From: Patescibacteria group bacterium
Lineage (GTDB): Bacteria > Patescibacteriota > Patescibacteriia > UBA9934 > GWF2-40-263
Length of the DNA: 64,000 nucleotides
Assembly (NCBI GenBank): GCA_041661745.1
Contig: JBAZTR010000002.1
Span: forward strand, 4,368-68,367
Direction of reading: 5' to 3'
The translations under genes were made by a program, and so were the position numbers. The notes beneath the pieces were generated by a model, which saw only the letters and a program-made list of their open reading frames with translations, did no database searches and was not told where the DNA came from. Of the stretch, positions 35,536 to 44,334 are shown in pieces (position 1 is the stretch's first letter; every line of letters starts with the position of its first letter).

Positions 35536-37059
35536 ATGTTGGAAACCGTCCGAACTTTTGAAGATCTGGAACAGCTCATTAAAAATAATTACATGAAGCC
35601 GGATTTAGAATTGGTCGAACGCGCCTACAGGCTAGCCGAAAAGGCCCACCAAGGTGAAATTCGCTTTTCCGGCCACCCTTTTATTACCCATCCCTTGGCC
35701 GTGGCTTACAAATTGGCGGAAATGGGTTTCCACACCAACATGGTTGTAGCCGGACTTCTGCACGACGTGGTCGAGGACACCGAGGTCACTCTTGATGATA
35801 TAAAAAAAGAATTCGGCGACGACGTGGCTGGTTTAGTAGAAGGGGTTACTAAACTGAAAAAAATAAAATATCAGGGTGTGGAACGATATGTCGAAAACAT
35901 GCGGCGCATGTTTATGGCCATGGCTTCTGATGTCAGAGTAATCTTTATAAAATTCGCCGATCGTTTACACAATCTTCAAACCCTTTACGCTCGACCCGGC
36001 CATAAGCAGGAAAGAATTGCTCGGGAAACCTTGGAAATTTATGCGCCCATTGCCAATCGTTTGGGGATGGGGGAAATAAAAGGCGAGTTAGAAGATTTGG
36101 CCTTCAAATATCTTTTCCCGAAAGAATATGATTGGATGGTTCAGATTATGGAAACCAAGGTGCGCGAAAAAGGCGCACAAATTTCCCGTCTGATTGACCG
36201 AGCCAGCAAAGTTTTGGGTGAAGCAAAAATTGAAACAAATCAAATTCACGGTCGGGTCAAGCGTCTTTATAGTTTATATAAAAAACTGCAGCGTTATAAT
36301 AATGACTTGGCCAAAATTCACGATTTGGTGGCGGTGCGCGTTATTGTAAAAGATGTCGAGGATTGTTACGCTGCCCTGGGCCTTGTTCATCAAGAATGGC
36401 ATCCGGTTCCAAACCGCATTAAAGACTATATTGCTCAACCAAAACCCAACGGTTATCGCTCTTTACACACAACGGTTTTTTGTGGCGATGGTGAAACAGC
36501 CGAATTCCAAATCCGTACCGAAGAAATGCACGAATTTGCCGAATATGGTATTGCCGCCCACTGGCGTTATAAAGAAACCGGTTTTTCACCGCCAAAAAAT
36601 CTGCGTTGGATGGAGGAAATGGTGGTAATTCAAAAGGCTCTAGAAGACAAAAAAGACTTTTTTGAACAAATGGAGGTTTTAAAAATTGATGTTTTTAAAG
36701 ACCATATTTTTGTTTTCACCCCGCAGGGCGATGTGATCGATTTACCAGAGGGGGCCACCCCGGTTGACTTTGCTTACGCTGTCCACACCGATGTCGGTCA
36801 CAAATGTGTCGCTGCTAAGGTCAACGATCAACTAGTTAATCTTGATTCAACCTTAAATTCCAACGATGTTGTAGAAATAATCACTGACAAAAATCGCCGC
36901 GGCCCTAACCCCGATTGGCTGAAATTCGTCAAAACCAATCACGCTCGGGAATTGGTTAGAGAGGCGGCAAAAAAAAACATGAGGTCGTGGCTTTCAGCCA
37001 TGATTTCCAAACCTGCTAATCCTGCCAAAAAAGAAAAGAAAGGCAAGAAAACAAAATAG
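35536..37059 (+). CDS. relA: RelA/SpoT-family (p)ppGpp synthetase/hydrolase, short form (HD, synthetase and TGS domains; no ACT domain)
   Basis: HD motif LLHDVVEDT, synthetase domain RVKRLYSLYKKL...VAVRVIV, TGS domain IFVFTPQGDVIDLPEGATPVDFAYAVHTDVGHKCVAAKVNDQLV. Confidence 0.85.
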   Translation: MLETVRTFEDLEQLIKNNYMKPDLELVERAYRLAEKAHQGEIRFSGHPFITHPLAVAYKLAEMGFHTNMVVAGLLHDVVEDTEVTLDDIKKEFGDDVAGLVEGVTKLKKIKYQGVERYVENMRRMFMAMASDVRVIFIKFADRLHNLQTLYARPGHKQERIARETLEIYAPIANRLGMGEIKGELEDLAFKYLFPKEYDWMVQIMETKVREKGAQISRLIDRASKVLGEAKIETNQIHGRVKRLYSLYKKLQRYNNDLAKIHDLVAVRVIVKDVEDCYAALGLVHQEWHPVPNRIKDYIAQPKPNGYRSLHTTVFCGDGETAEFQIRTEEMHEFAEYGIAAHWRYKETGFSPPKNLRWMEEMVVIQKALEDKKDFFEQMEVLKIDVFKDHIFVFTPQGDVIDLPEGATPVDFAYAVHTDVGHKCVAAKVNDQLVNLDSTLNSNDVVEIITDKNRRGPNPDWLKFVKTNHARELVREAAKKNMRSWLSAMISKPANPAKKEKKGKKTK

Positions 37060-37095
37060 GGAACAAAAATTTTTGTTCCCTATTTTGTTTTTATT
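37058..37095. terminator. bidirectional rho-independent terminator between convergent relA and parB
   Basis: Perfect palindrome AGGGAACAAAAATTTTTGTTCCCT flanked by A-runs and T-runs on both sides. Confidence 0.7.
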
Positions 37096-37975
37096 ATATT
37101 TCGGATAATCTGGCCAACAATTCCATTAAGTCTTCTTTTGAATAAAAATGCATGGTGATTGTCCCCTTCCCGACACGTTCACGAATTTCTACCTTGGTTC
37201 CCAGAATCTCTTGCAACCTTTTTTCGTGCGCCACTAAATTAGGATCAACCCGACGACCAAACACTGACTTGGGGCGATGTCCGGCCACCGTGTGCTCGGC
37301 GGAACGAACTGTGACCTTACCGGTTAACATGGCCTGAAAAAGTTCTTTTTGTTTAACTGGGTCATTTTCCGAGAGCAACGTGCGTGCATGACTCTTGGTA
37401 ATCTTGTCCTCTTTAAGAGCGTCTTGAATGTATTCAGGTAATTCTAGCAAACGCAGAGTATTGGCCACGGCCGGTCGACTTTTTCCAACTCTAACTGCTG
37501 CTTCTTCTTGGGTAAAATTAAATTCATCCATCAAGGTTCGATAAGCCAAAGCTTCTTCCAATGGATTAAGATCAGCTCGTTGCAAGTTTTCAATCAAAGC
37601 CCACTCAATTTTTTGTTGTTTTGTGGCATCACGAACAATAACCGGCACGGTTTTTAAACCAAGGGCTTTGGCCGCTCGCCAACGTCGTTCCCCGGCAATC
37701 AATTCATACTGATTATCACAAAAAGTCACCACCAGTGGTTGAAGAATACCGTGCTCTTTAATTGAGCTGATCAAATCATCTAAATCAGCCGCGGCAAAAT
37801 GCCGACGTGGCTGATGCGGATTGGGAACAATGTCGCCAACCGGAATTTCTTTAATCTCTTGATGGCCGACAACCGAGGTAACAACCTCGGAAACTTTTTT
37901 GGTGGGAATGAGCGAACCGAGGCCCCTCCCAAGCACTGGTTTTGTAATCATAACTTTATAAATCACCGTTTTCAC
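37094..37975 (-). CDS. parB: chromosome partitioning protein ParB/Spo0J
   Basis: ParB box GERRWRAAKALGLKTVPVIVRD and an HTH region. Confidence 0.9.
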   Translation of the reverse strand: MKTVIYKVMITKPVLGRGLGSLIPTKKVSEVVTSVVGHQEIKEIPVGDIVPNPHQPRRHFAAADLDDLISSIKEHGILQPLVVTFCDNQYELIAGERRWRAAKALGLKTVPVIVRDATKQQKIEWALIENLQRADLNPLEEALAYRTLMDEFNFTQEEAAVRVGKSRPAVANTLRLLELPEYIQDALKEDKITKSHARTLLSENDPVKQKELFQAMLTGKVTVRSAEHTVAGHRPKSVFGRRVDPNLVAHEKRLQEILGTKVEIRERVGKGTITMHFYSKEDLMELLARLSEI

Positions 37976-38729
37976 GCATCAAAAATTCTTGTGCCAAACG
38001 TTCGTAGGCTCGGGCGGCTTTTGATGTGGGATCGTAATGAAGAATAGTTTTACCAAATGACGGCGCCTCGGCCAAGCGAACACTGCGCGGCACAACCGAA
38101 CGAAAAATGTTGTTAGGAAAATACCGATAAAGCTCTTCTAAAACCTCTTTTGAAAGTTTGGTGCGCGAATCATACATGGTAATAACCGCGCCCATGACTT
38201 TCAAATCAGGATTAAGTTGTTCGCGAATAAGATCAACTGTACCAAGAAGTTGTCCCAATCCTTCAAGCGCATAATATTCGGCCTGCACTGGAATTAAGAC
38301 TGAATCAGCGGCCGTAAGACCATTAACGGTTAAAAGACCGAGTGAAGGCGGATTGTCAATTAAAACATAATCAAAATCGTTTCGCACTTCCAAAATACCC
38401 TTACGCAAGCAGTGTTCGCGTTCCTCGGCTCCAACCAATTCAACAGCCGCCCCGGCCAAAGCTTGCGTTGCTGGAATAAGTTTTAGTCCTTCGTGTGCTG
38501 TCGGCATAATCAAATCGCGCATGCGATGTGTACCGATCATGCCTTCATAAATACCCGCCGGTACATTACGATAATCTATTCCTAAACCGGAAGTGGCGTT
38601 GGCTTGCGGATCCAAATCAATTAATAAAACAAACTTGCCCAGGTGAGCAAGGTAGGCGGCCAAACTCAAAGAGGTGGTGGTTTTCCCCACTCCACCCTTC
38701 TGATTTACAATCGAAACCACGTGTGCCAT
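37956..38729 (-). CDS. parA: chromosome partitioning ATPase ParA/Soj
   Basis: Deviant Walker A, VVSIVNQKGGVGKTTTSLSLAAYLA. Overlaps parB by 20 nt. Confidence 0.9.
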   Translation of the reverse strand: MAHVVSIVNQKGGVGKTTTSLSLAAYLAHLGKFVLLIDLDPQANATSGLGIDYRNVPAGIYEGMIGTHRMRDLIMPTAHEGLKLIPATQALAGAAVELVGAEEREHCLRKGILEVRNDFDYVLIDNPPSLGLLTVNGLTAADSVLIPVQAEYYALEGLGQLLGTVDLIREQLNPDLKVMGAVITMYDSRTKLSKEVLEELYRYFPNNIFRSVVPRSVRLAEAPSFGKTILHYDPTSKAARAYERLAQEFLMRENGDL

Positions 38730-38810
38730 AAGCGGCTATATTATAGCAAAAGGGTTGAAGAGGTGGAAGAGGAAAAACAAAAACACCTGACAAACGAAGT
38801 CAGGTATTTT

Positions 38811-38887
38811 TGGTTGCGGGGGCCGGATTTGAACCGGCGACCTCTTGGTTATGAGCCAAGCGAGCTGCCAGGCTGCTCTACCCCGCG
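38811..38887 (-). tRNA. initiator tRNA-fMet (anticodon CAT)
   Basis: CGCGGGG...CCCCGCAACCA with the C1:A72 mismatch that marks bacterial initiator tRNA, anticodon loop CTCATAA and T-loop TTCAAAT. The sequence closely resembles canonical bacterial tRNA-fMet. A terminator hairpin lies at 38786-38815. Confidence 0.85.
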
Positions 38888-38916
38888 GTGTTTTATTGTT
38901 AACTCTGGTAGCGGGG

Positions 38917-38936
38917 GTGGGGATCTCACATTCCAT
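38917..38936 (-). repeat. 20-nt exact duplicate of the 3' end (T-loop half through CCA) of the tRNA-Met(CAT) gene at 39067-39143
   Basis: TGGTAGCGGGGGTGGGGATC is present at 38917-38936 and again at 39067-39086. The first copy lacks the rest of a tRNA. Confidence 0.6.
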
Positions 38937-39066
38937 AAGGGAACGTCGTTCCCCTCTGGCGGCCGGCCGAGCCGGCCTGTCACCCCTCCTCTACTATTGG
39001 TGGGGAAACAACGTGTTTCCCCAAACCCCTTCCGGTTCGATTCCCACCACTAACAGAAAATTTAAC

Positions 39067-39143
39067 TGGTAGCGGGGGTGGGGATCGAACCCACGACCTC
39101 GGGCTTATGAGTCCCACGCTCTAGCCAACTGAGCTACCCCGCC
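39067..39143 (-). tRNA. tRNA-Met elongator or tRNA-Ile2 (anticodon CAT)
   Basis: GGCGGGG acceptor stem, GCTC/GAGC D-stem, anticodon loop CTCATAA, T-arm GTGGG-TTCGATC-CCCAC, CCA encoded. Confidence 0.8.
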
Positions 39144-39171
39144 GTTTCGCGAGCTAAATCATAACAAAATC

Positions 39172-39200
39172 TTGTAAAAAACGCAAGGGTATGTTAGTAT
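39172..39200 (+). promoter_or_regulatory. sigma70-like promoter for tRNA-Leu (TTGTAA, 17-nt spacer, TAGTAT)
   Basis: Hexamer spacing is good. A related AAGGGTAT spacer motif also appears in the putative tuf promoter. Confidence 0.45.
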
Positions 39201-39218
39201 TTTCAACACAATGAGATT

Positions 39219-39305
39219 GGGCGAGTGGCGGAACTGGTATACGCGCAGGACTCAAAATCCTGTTCTCGCAAGGGATTGAGGGTTCGATTCCCTCCTCGCC
39301 CACCA
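39219..39305 (+). tRNA. tRNA-Leu (anticodon CAA), class II with a long variable arm
   Basis: GGGCGAG/CTCGCCC acceptor stem, anticodon arm CAGGA-CTCAAAA-TCCTG, 14-nt variable arm, T-arm GAGGG-TTCGATT-CCCTC, CCA encoded. Followed at 39306-39335 by a terminator (ACCTCAAATTACTTGAGGT plus TTTTTT). Confidence 0.9.
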
Positions 39306-39392
39306 AAAAAACCTCAAATTACTTGAGGTTTTTTGTTATCCACTAAACCCTTTAAAAAAACTCCCAAAAGTGTTATCCTATAGGCGTTAACT

Positions 39393-39857
39393 ATGACACT
39401 TACTGCTCACGCGGCCATGGGTGCGGTTATTGGTGAGGCCGTTGGCAATCCTTTACTTGGATTCATTATCGCTATTGCGGTGCATTTTCTGGTTGATATA
39501 ATTCCGCACGGCGATAATTTTCTTTCCAACAATTATCGGATCCTAAAACGCCATCGCAAACAAGCTGTTGCTTATGTAACAATTGATGCCGCTTGCGCCA
39601 TTCTCTTTGTCTTGTTTATCGTCAATGTGCGCGATGTCGCTCTAATTCGTCCCATTAGTCTTGGTATTGTCGGTTCAGTTCTACCCGATCTTCTGGTTGG
39701 CCTCTACGATTTAACTAAAATAAAATATCTGCGTTGGATTTTTAATCTGCATTTCGCTTTTCATAATTTCATAATAAAAAAACGCGGTGATGTTCCGCTC
39801 CGCTATGCCTTAATCGCCCAAGCTGTTCTAGTTGTTCTCCTACAAACCAGATTGTAA
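39393..39857 (+). CDS. hypothetical polytopic membrane protein (possibly a YdjM/DUF457-like membrane-bound hydrolase)
   Basis: 154-aa protein with four predicted TM helices and a conserved-looking HFLVDIIPHGD motif. Confidence 0.55.
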   Translation: MTLTAHAAMGAVIGEAVGNPLLGFIIAIAVHFLVDIIPHGDNFLSNNYRILKRHRKQAVAYVTIDAACAILFVLFIVNVRDVALIRPISLGIVGSVLPDLLVGLYDLTKIKYLRWIFNLHFAFHNFIIKKRGDVPLRYALIAQAVLVVLLQTRL

Positions 39858-39873
39858 AACAAAAAACGTCCAG

Positions 39874-40395
39874 CTAGGCTGGGCGTTTTTTTATTTCTTT
39901 TTCTAATTCTTGCCACAACGGACTGTCGGCTAAAAGTTTTTCTGACAGGTTTAAAATCTTCGGCCCCTTAACCTCGTGCATGTAAACGGCTCGTTCCGGA
40001 CTTAAGGCATACGAATCACCGATGTTGTCGACTAGATCGGCAATCTTAATTGCCCAGGCGTCGCGGTCATTAACCTTGGCTAAATTACCAATCATCGCCG
40101 CCCAACGGACATCACCGGCCGGCAAGCTTTTGTCAAAGCTGCATAATCGTACTAATTCCACCACGCGTGGCGAAAAACCGAGGTGCGATAGTTCCTCAAA
40201 AGAAACATTACCGTCCTCGTAAACATCGTGCAAAAGCCCGGCCAAAACTACCTCATCAGAAAAACCGAACGAGCACAAAATCTCCGCCACATCCAAAGAA
40301 TGTTTGTAATTAGGAATATCAGGCAAGCCTTTACGTGAACCAGTAATGGCTGTGCGCACCAGATGTTCAGCTTTTTCCAAAAGAAATTGATCCAT
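39874..40395 (-). CDS. HD-domain phosphohydrolase
   Basis: H...HD...D pattern (HSLDVAEI...LLHDVYEDG). Confidence 0.7.
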   Translation of the reverse strand: MDQFLLEKAEHLVRTAITGSRKGLPDIPNYKHSLDVAEILCSFGFSDEVVLAGLLHDVYEDGNVSFEELSHLGFSPRVVELVRLCSFDKSLPAGDVRWAAMIGNLAKVNDRDAWAIKIADLVDNIGDSYALSPERAVYMHEVKGPKILNLSEKLLADSPLWQELEKEIKKRPA

Positions 40396-40398
40396 ACT

Positions 40399-41472
40399 TT
40401 AAAAAACTTTTAGCAATCTTTCGGCTGTTTTTAACCAAGAAAACTCCTTGGCTTGAATCAAGCCTTTTTCAATGAAACCCCTACGAGTAGCCTCATCGGT
40501 CATTTCCTCCATTGCTTGAGCTAATTCGTTTGGCTCACTCGTCGCAACATAACGAACGGCTTCACCGCAAACTTCGGGCAAAGCCCCGGCGCGAGTGGTA
40601 ATAACCGGAATTCCAATAGTCATCGCTTCGAGTGGCGGTAAACCAAAACCCTCGTAGAGCGAAGGAAAAATAAGGGCTTGTGCTCCGGCCAATAACGAAA
40701 GCTTTTCCTCGGGAGAAACATAACCAATCTCTTGAATAAAATCAGCTCCGACAAATTCGTCCGTTATTGCCTCGTATTTCCAACCGCGCTTTCCGGCCAC
40801 CAATAATTTATATTCGGGAAACTTCTCGTGGAAAATTTTAATAGCGTGCGCTGCCAAAATAAAATTCTTACGCGGTTCGATTGTGCCAAGACATAAAAAA
40901 TATTTATCCGCTCGTTTTGAAGGTACGTCGGTCACGGTCACAGCTGGATAAACAACCGCAACCTTATCGCCTGAAATTTTAAAAAGACGTATTAAATCTT
41001 TTTTTGTTGCTTCCGAGACAGAAACAATTTTCTCGGCACAACGAAGACTTCGCGGCACAACGAGTTTAGTCGAAAACCAGTGGGAGAAACCACCAGGAAA
41101 CCATTCCGGATGATCATAAATAGCCAAATCATGAACGGTAATTACCGCTTTACCCTTCCAGCCGAGCGGCAGTTGTCCGTGTGGTACAAAGAAAATATCA
41201 GGCCGATAAGAACGCACAAGTCGAGGAAAAGAAAAATGATTAAAAAAGAAATTTCCTCGCTTTACTGGCACGCGGACAATTTCGACAGCCGCGGCCGCGC
41301 CGGCCAAGTCACCGGAATATTTATCAGAAAAAAATAAAACGAACTTATTGTCCGTTTTTAGCGCCAACAAAGCGCGAACCAGCCCGTCGGTATATTCCGA
41401 AATGCCGCCAAACTGTCCATTAGTCGGATCAAGAACATAACGACAGTCGATAGCGATTTTCATATCATCCAT
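40399..41472 (-). CDS. glycosyltransferase family 1 (GT4-like)
   Basis: C-terminal E-x7-E region, EGFGLPPLEAM. Confidence 0.8.
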   Translation of the reverse strand: MDDMKIAIDCRYVLDPTNGQFGGISEYTDGLVRALLALKTDNKFVLFFSDKYSGDLAGAAAAVEIVRVPVKRGNFFFNHFSFPRLVRSYRPDIFFVPHGQLPLGWKGKAVITVHDLAIYDHPEWFPGGFSHWFSTKLVVPRSLRCAEKIVSVSEATKKDLIRLFKISGDKVAVVYPAVTVTDVPSKRADKYFLCLGTIEPRKNFILAAHAIKIFHEKFPEYKLLVAGKRGWKYEAITDEFVGADFIQEIGYVSPEEKLSLLAGAQALIFPSLYEGFGLPPLEAMTIGIPVITTRAGALPEVCGEAVRYVATSEPNELAQAMEEMTDEATRRGFIEKGLIQAKEFSWLKTAERLLKVF

Positions 41473-41945
41473 GCCAAAAATCCTAAGGCCCCGCTAACAA
41501 TCAAGGAAACGATAATGCCGGCAACAATAACCCCGGCCACCACAGCCGGAAACGAGTATCGTTTCTCAATTTTAAAGATAACCGCCAAGGCCGCGCCGGT
41601 CCAGGCGCCGGTCATGGGGAGCGGGATGGCGACAAAAATTGCCAAAGCTAGGGCCCCGTACTTATCATAAGAATCCTTAAACTTTTCTTTTTTCTTTTCC
41701 AAATAAACCACCATGACTCGATGAAGCCACGGCCAATGTTTTTCCGCCCAAGACAAAACTTTCGGTAAAAGATAAAAGATAGCCGGGACCGGTAAAATGT
41801 TTCCAACAACGGAAAACAAAAAGGCCGACCAAATCGGCAAGCCAAAAACCGTAACCCCAATCGGAATCGAGCCACGAAGTTCGGTAAGTGGAGCGGCCGC
41901 CAACAGCAAAGTTAAAATTTCTGATGATAAGGTCATAATTACCAA
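41460..41945 (-). CDS. small membrane protein, putative small multidrug-export family (COG2426-like)
   Basis: Four TM helices and the ELRGSIP motif typical of that family. Confidence 0.5.
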   Translation of the reverse strand: MVIMTLSSEILTLLLAAAPLTELRGSIPIGVTVFGLPIWSAFLFSVVGNILPVPAIFYLLPKVLSWAEKHWPWLHRVMVVYLEKKKEKFKDSYDKYGALALAIFVAIPLPMTGAWTGAALAVIFKIEKRYSFPAVVAGVIVAGIIVSLIVSGALGFLAWMI

Positions 41946-42907
41946 TCAAAAGTGTTATAAGTCCAAACCGTCAAAGCTTTTACATCGCGCAACCGACCGG
42001 CAGCTGAGTCAGAACCAAGAACAACAACAAAAATATCTTTGCCGCCGTCTTTTTGTGCTTCCACTCCAAGACAATATCCAGCCTCGGGCAGATAGCCGGT
42101 TTTTCCGCCGACAATCTTATAAGGCTCTTGATTTACAAAACCGGTTAAAAGTTCGTTGGTGTTTTCAAGCTGATAGTTATTCCCCTCAGCGTCGGTAATC
42201 GTGGCCGCCGCTTGTTCGGTGGCAAAACGAATGGTTTCATTTTGCAATGCCGCCCGCAACATGGCCACTAAATCCGGCGCCGTCGAACGATTTTCCGAAG
42301 ACAAACCAGTGGGATCGGCAAAAGTTGTTTGAAGCATACCGATCTCGGCCGCTTTTTCGTTCATGCGCGCCACGAAATCGCCTTCTGAAAAACCGGATAA
42401 ACGCGCCAGGGCGGCCGTCGCTGTGTTGTCCGAAGAAATTAAGCTGGCCAAAAGCAAATCTTTTATTGTTACTGTCTGACCGGCCGGAATATGTTGTTTA
42501 CCACCTTCACGATAATCACTTGATTCAATTATAGCCGTCGTGTTGAGATCAGGGTTTCCTGAAAGAAACACCAGAGCTGTCATAAGCTTGGTCATACTGC
42601 CAATGGAGCGTGCTTCTTCGGCGTTCTTTTCGTACAGAACTGTGCCGCTGGCTGAATCCATAACCAAAGCCGTGGTGGCCGCCGTAATCACTCCAATACT
42701 TTCCGGATTATTTTTTTTCGGAGCCCGAGCCACATCTACTGCCACCGGGAAACTCGGCCGCATTGCCGTCATGGCCGCACCAAAACTGGTTTCGATTGTT
42801 TCCGTGTCAGCGGCTTTTACGTATGACTCAACCACCCCGGCGTCAACCGGAAAAATTTGAACCAAACTGATGGCCAAAATAATTTCAACAAAAGCTTTAT
42901 AAATCAT
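41939..42907 (-). CDS. dacA: D-alanyl-D-alanine carboxypeptidase (peptidase S11, PBP5-like)
   Basis: Signal peptide, the SIGSMTKLMTALV (SxxK) and SSDN motifs, and KTG. Confidence 0.8.
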   Translation of the reverse strand: MIYKAFVEIILAISLVQIFPVDAGVVESYVKAADTETIETSFGAAMTAMRPSFPVAVDVARAPKKNNPESIGVITAATTALVMDSASGTVLYEKNAEEARSIGSMTKLMTALVFLSGNPDLNTTAIIESSDYREGGKQHIPAGQTVTIKDLLLASLISSDNTATAALARLSGFSEGDFVARMNEKAAEIGMLQTTFADPTGLSSENRSTAPDLVAMLRAALQNETIRFATEQAAATITDAEGNNYQLENTNELLTGFVNQEPYKIVGGKTGYLPEAGYCLGVEAQKDGGKDIFVVVLGSDSAAGRLRDVKALTVWTYNTFDW

Positions 42908-43476
42908 ACTATTTGTTTTTCGGCCGGAACAGTTTCTGCCCCGCTTAATTCCCGAATCATTTGATCAATTTGCGGATTGTTATTAAAGTTTTCAAATTCC
43001 GGCAATTCCGAAACATTTTTAACCCCAAGATGCCGCAAAAAATCCAAAGAAACCGAATAAACCGACTGTAATTTGGTTGAATCATCTTTTTCTTCAATCA
43101 ACCCGCGCATTAAAAGATTGCGCAAAATTAAAGTACAGTTAATGCCGCGAATCTGCTCAATTTCCGGCTTAGTCATGGGCCCACGGTAAGCAATAATCGT
43201 CAGCGTTTCCAGCGATGGTCGGGTTAATTCCCCACCCATATCTTCTTTGGCAAAAATCTTAACCGCCTCAGCCGCGGCTGGGTTAGTGGCCAGCTGTAGT
43301 TTGCCTTCTTGTTCCAAAAAATGAATGCCTGAACTTTCAACATTGCGAAGATTTTTAAGTTCTTCAATCGCTTCGCGCAAAGTTTCCTGATTAGTATTCA
43401 AGGCTTTAGCCAAAGTTTTAATATCAAGTGGTTTAGCCGCGGCAAAAAGTATGGCTTCAAGAGTGGTGGTTAACAT
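42904..43476 (-). CDS. scpB: segregation and condensation protein B
   Basis: Winged-helix repeats LEAILFAAAKPLDIKTLAKAL and IAYRGPMTKPEIEQIRG. Confidence 0.85.
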   Translation of the reverse strand: MLTTTLEAILFAAAKPLDIKTLAKALNTNQETLREAIEELKNLRNVESSGIHFLEQEGKLQLATNPAAAEAVKIFAKEDMGGELTRPSLETLTIIAYRGPMTKPEIEQIRGINCTLILRNLLMRGLIEEKDDSTKLQSVYSVSLDFLRHLGVKNVSELPEFENFNNNPQIDQMIRELSGAETVPAEKQIV

Positions 43477-43483
43477 ATTTTTG

Positions 43484-43575
43484 GTTCAAAATGTTCAATT
43501 GTTCAAATTGTTCACTTTTGGCTTACAGCTCGATCCGATAGTGAACAAGTTGAACAGGTTGAACAAATTGGACAA
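43484..43575. repeat. near-palindromic array of 8-9-bp periodic GTTCAA/TGAACA motifs (copy B; 4 forward plus 4 inverted units) filling the scpA-scpB intergenic space
   Basis: GTTCAAaatGTTCAAttGTTCAAattGTTCAC ...27 nt... TGAACAagtTGAACAggtTGAACAaatTGGACA. Confidence 0.6.
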
Positions 43576-44334
43576 TTATTCATTCCTAGTAAGCACGATT
43601 TCTTCAAAAGCTTCAGGTTGTTGAACTTTAATTATTCTTTGTTTTACTAATTCAAGCAGGGCTAAAAAACTCACCACCACTTCAGCCCGCGATTTGGCCG
43701 CGCCAACCACATCGGAAAACATAAACCTGGCCCGTTTCATTATTGCCTCGTGGATGTCGCGAATACGCTCCTCAACCGAGGCGACTCGTTCCAGCGAAGC
43801 TTGGCGTAAAGCGAAAAAAGGTTCCAGACGTTTAATCAGACCACGGAAAGCTTCGGCCAAAACATTTGTTGTCACGTTTTCCGGCGGACGAAAACCAACT
43901 TCAACCGGCAACGGCACATATGGCCGGGCAAACAACACTGCCCCGCCCAAATACATATTTTCCAATTTGCCGGCCACGTCCACAAAAGTGCGATAAAGTC
44001 TAAGCTGGGCGGCTAAATTGCTTTGCTCAACTGCCTCTTCAAGTGGGACAGGCAAAATGGAATTAGATTTAATCAGCAATAAACGCGCGGCCACGGTTAA
44101 AAAATCTGCCAGCTCTTCGGCTGGAACATTATTTTCGTTTATAAACTTAAGATAATCGCCAGTAACTTGGGCCAGCGACACCTCGGAAATCGGCAACTCC
44201 TCCTTTTCAATTAAAGTAAGCAGCAAATCAAGCGGACCGGAGAATTTTTCTATTGAAACTTCGTAAGACACAATTTTATGGACGCAGTCTTTGAACATCG
44301 CGAGGGAAAAGAGTGGCTTCTTTGATGTTATCAA
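43576..44334 (-). CDS. scpA: segregation and condensation protein A (kleisin)
   Basis: FSGPLDLLLTLIEKEEL N-terminal motif. The 5' end overlaps the 3' end of the upstream aaRS gene, so the true start may be the internal Met. Confidence 0.85.
   Translation of the reverse strand: MITSKKPLFSLAMFKDCVHKIVSYEVSIEKFSGPLDLLLTLIEKEELPISEVSLAQVTGDYLKFINENNVPAEELADFLTVAARLLLIKSNSILPVPLEEAVEQSNLAAQLRLYRTFVDVAGKLENMYLGGAVLFARPYVPLPVEVGFRPPENVTTNVLAEAFRGLIKRLEPFFALRQASLERVASVEERIRDIHEAIMKRARFMFSDVVGAAKSRAEVVVSFLALLELVKQRIIKVQQPEAFEEIVLTRNE

Noticed and set aside
38937-39066. Tried to fold the 130-bp segment between the duplicated tRNA 3' ends as a third tRNA, an intron-containing tRNA, a tmRNA or SRP RNA.
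   Set aside because: No acceptor/D/anticodon/T-arm set can be built. The T-loop-like GGTTCGATTCC on the + strand lacks complementary stems, and no tmRNA tag ORF or SRP domain IV motif is present.
31531-43575. Considered whether the GTTCAA arrays are DnaA-box clusters (oriC) or parS sites.
   Set aside because: The units do not match TTATCCACA, and no dnaA or dnaN is nearby. The innermost inverted units resemble parS half-sites missing one base but are about 27 bp apart, which is incompatible with a ParB dimer site. They are reported as an unexplained repeat family instead.
44276-44334. 59-nt overlap between the 3' end of the aspS-like gene and the 5' end of scpA: possible frameshift or pseudogene.
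   Set aside because: Both ORFs are full-length with intact motifs. Using the internal Met (MFKDCVHK) as the scpA start reduces the overlap to about 23 nt, which is within the normal range for compact genomes.
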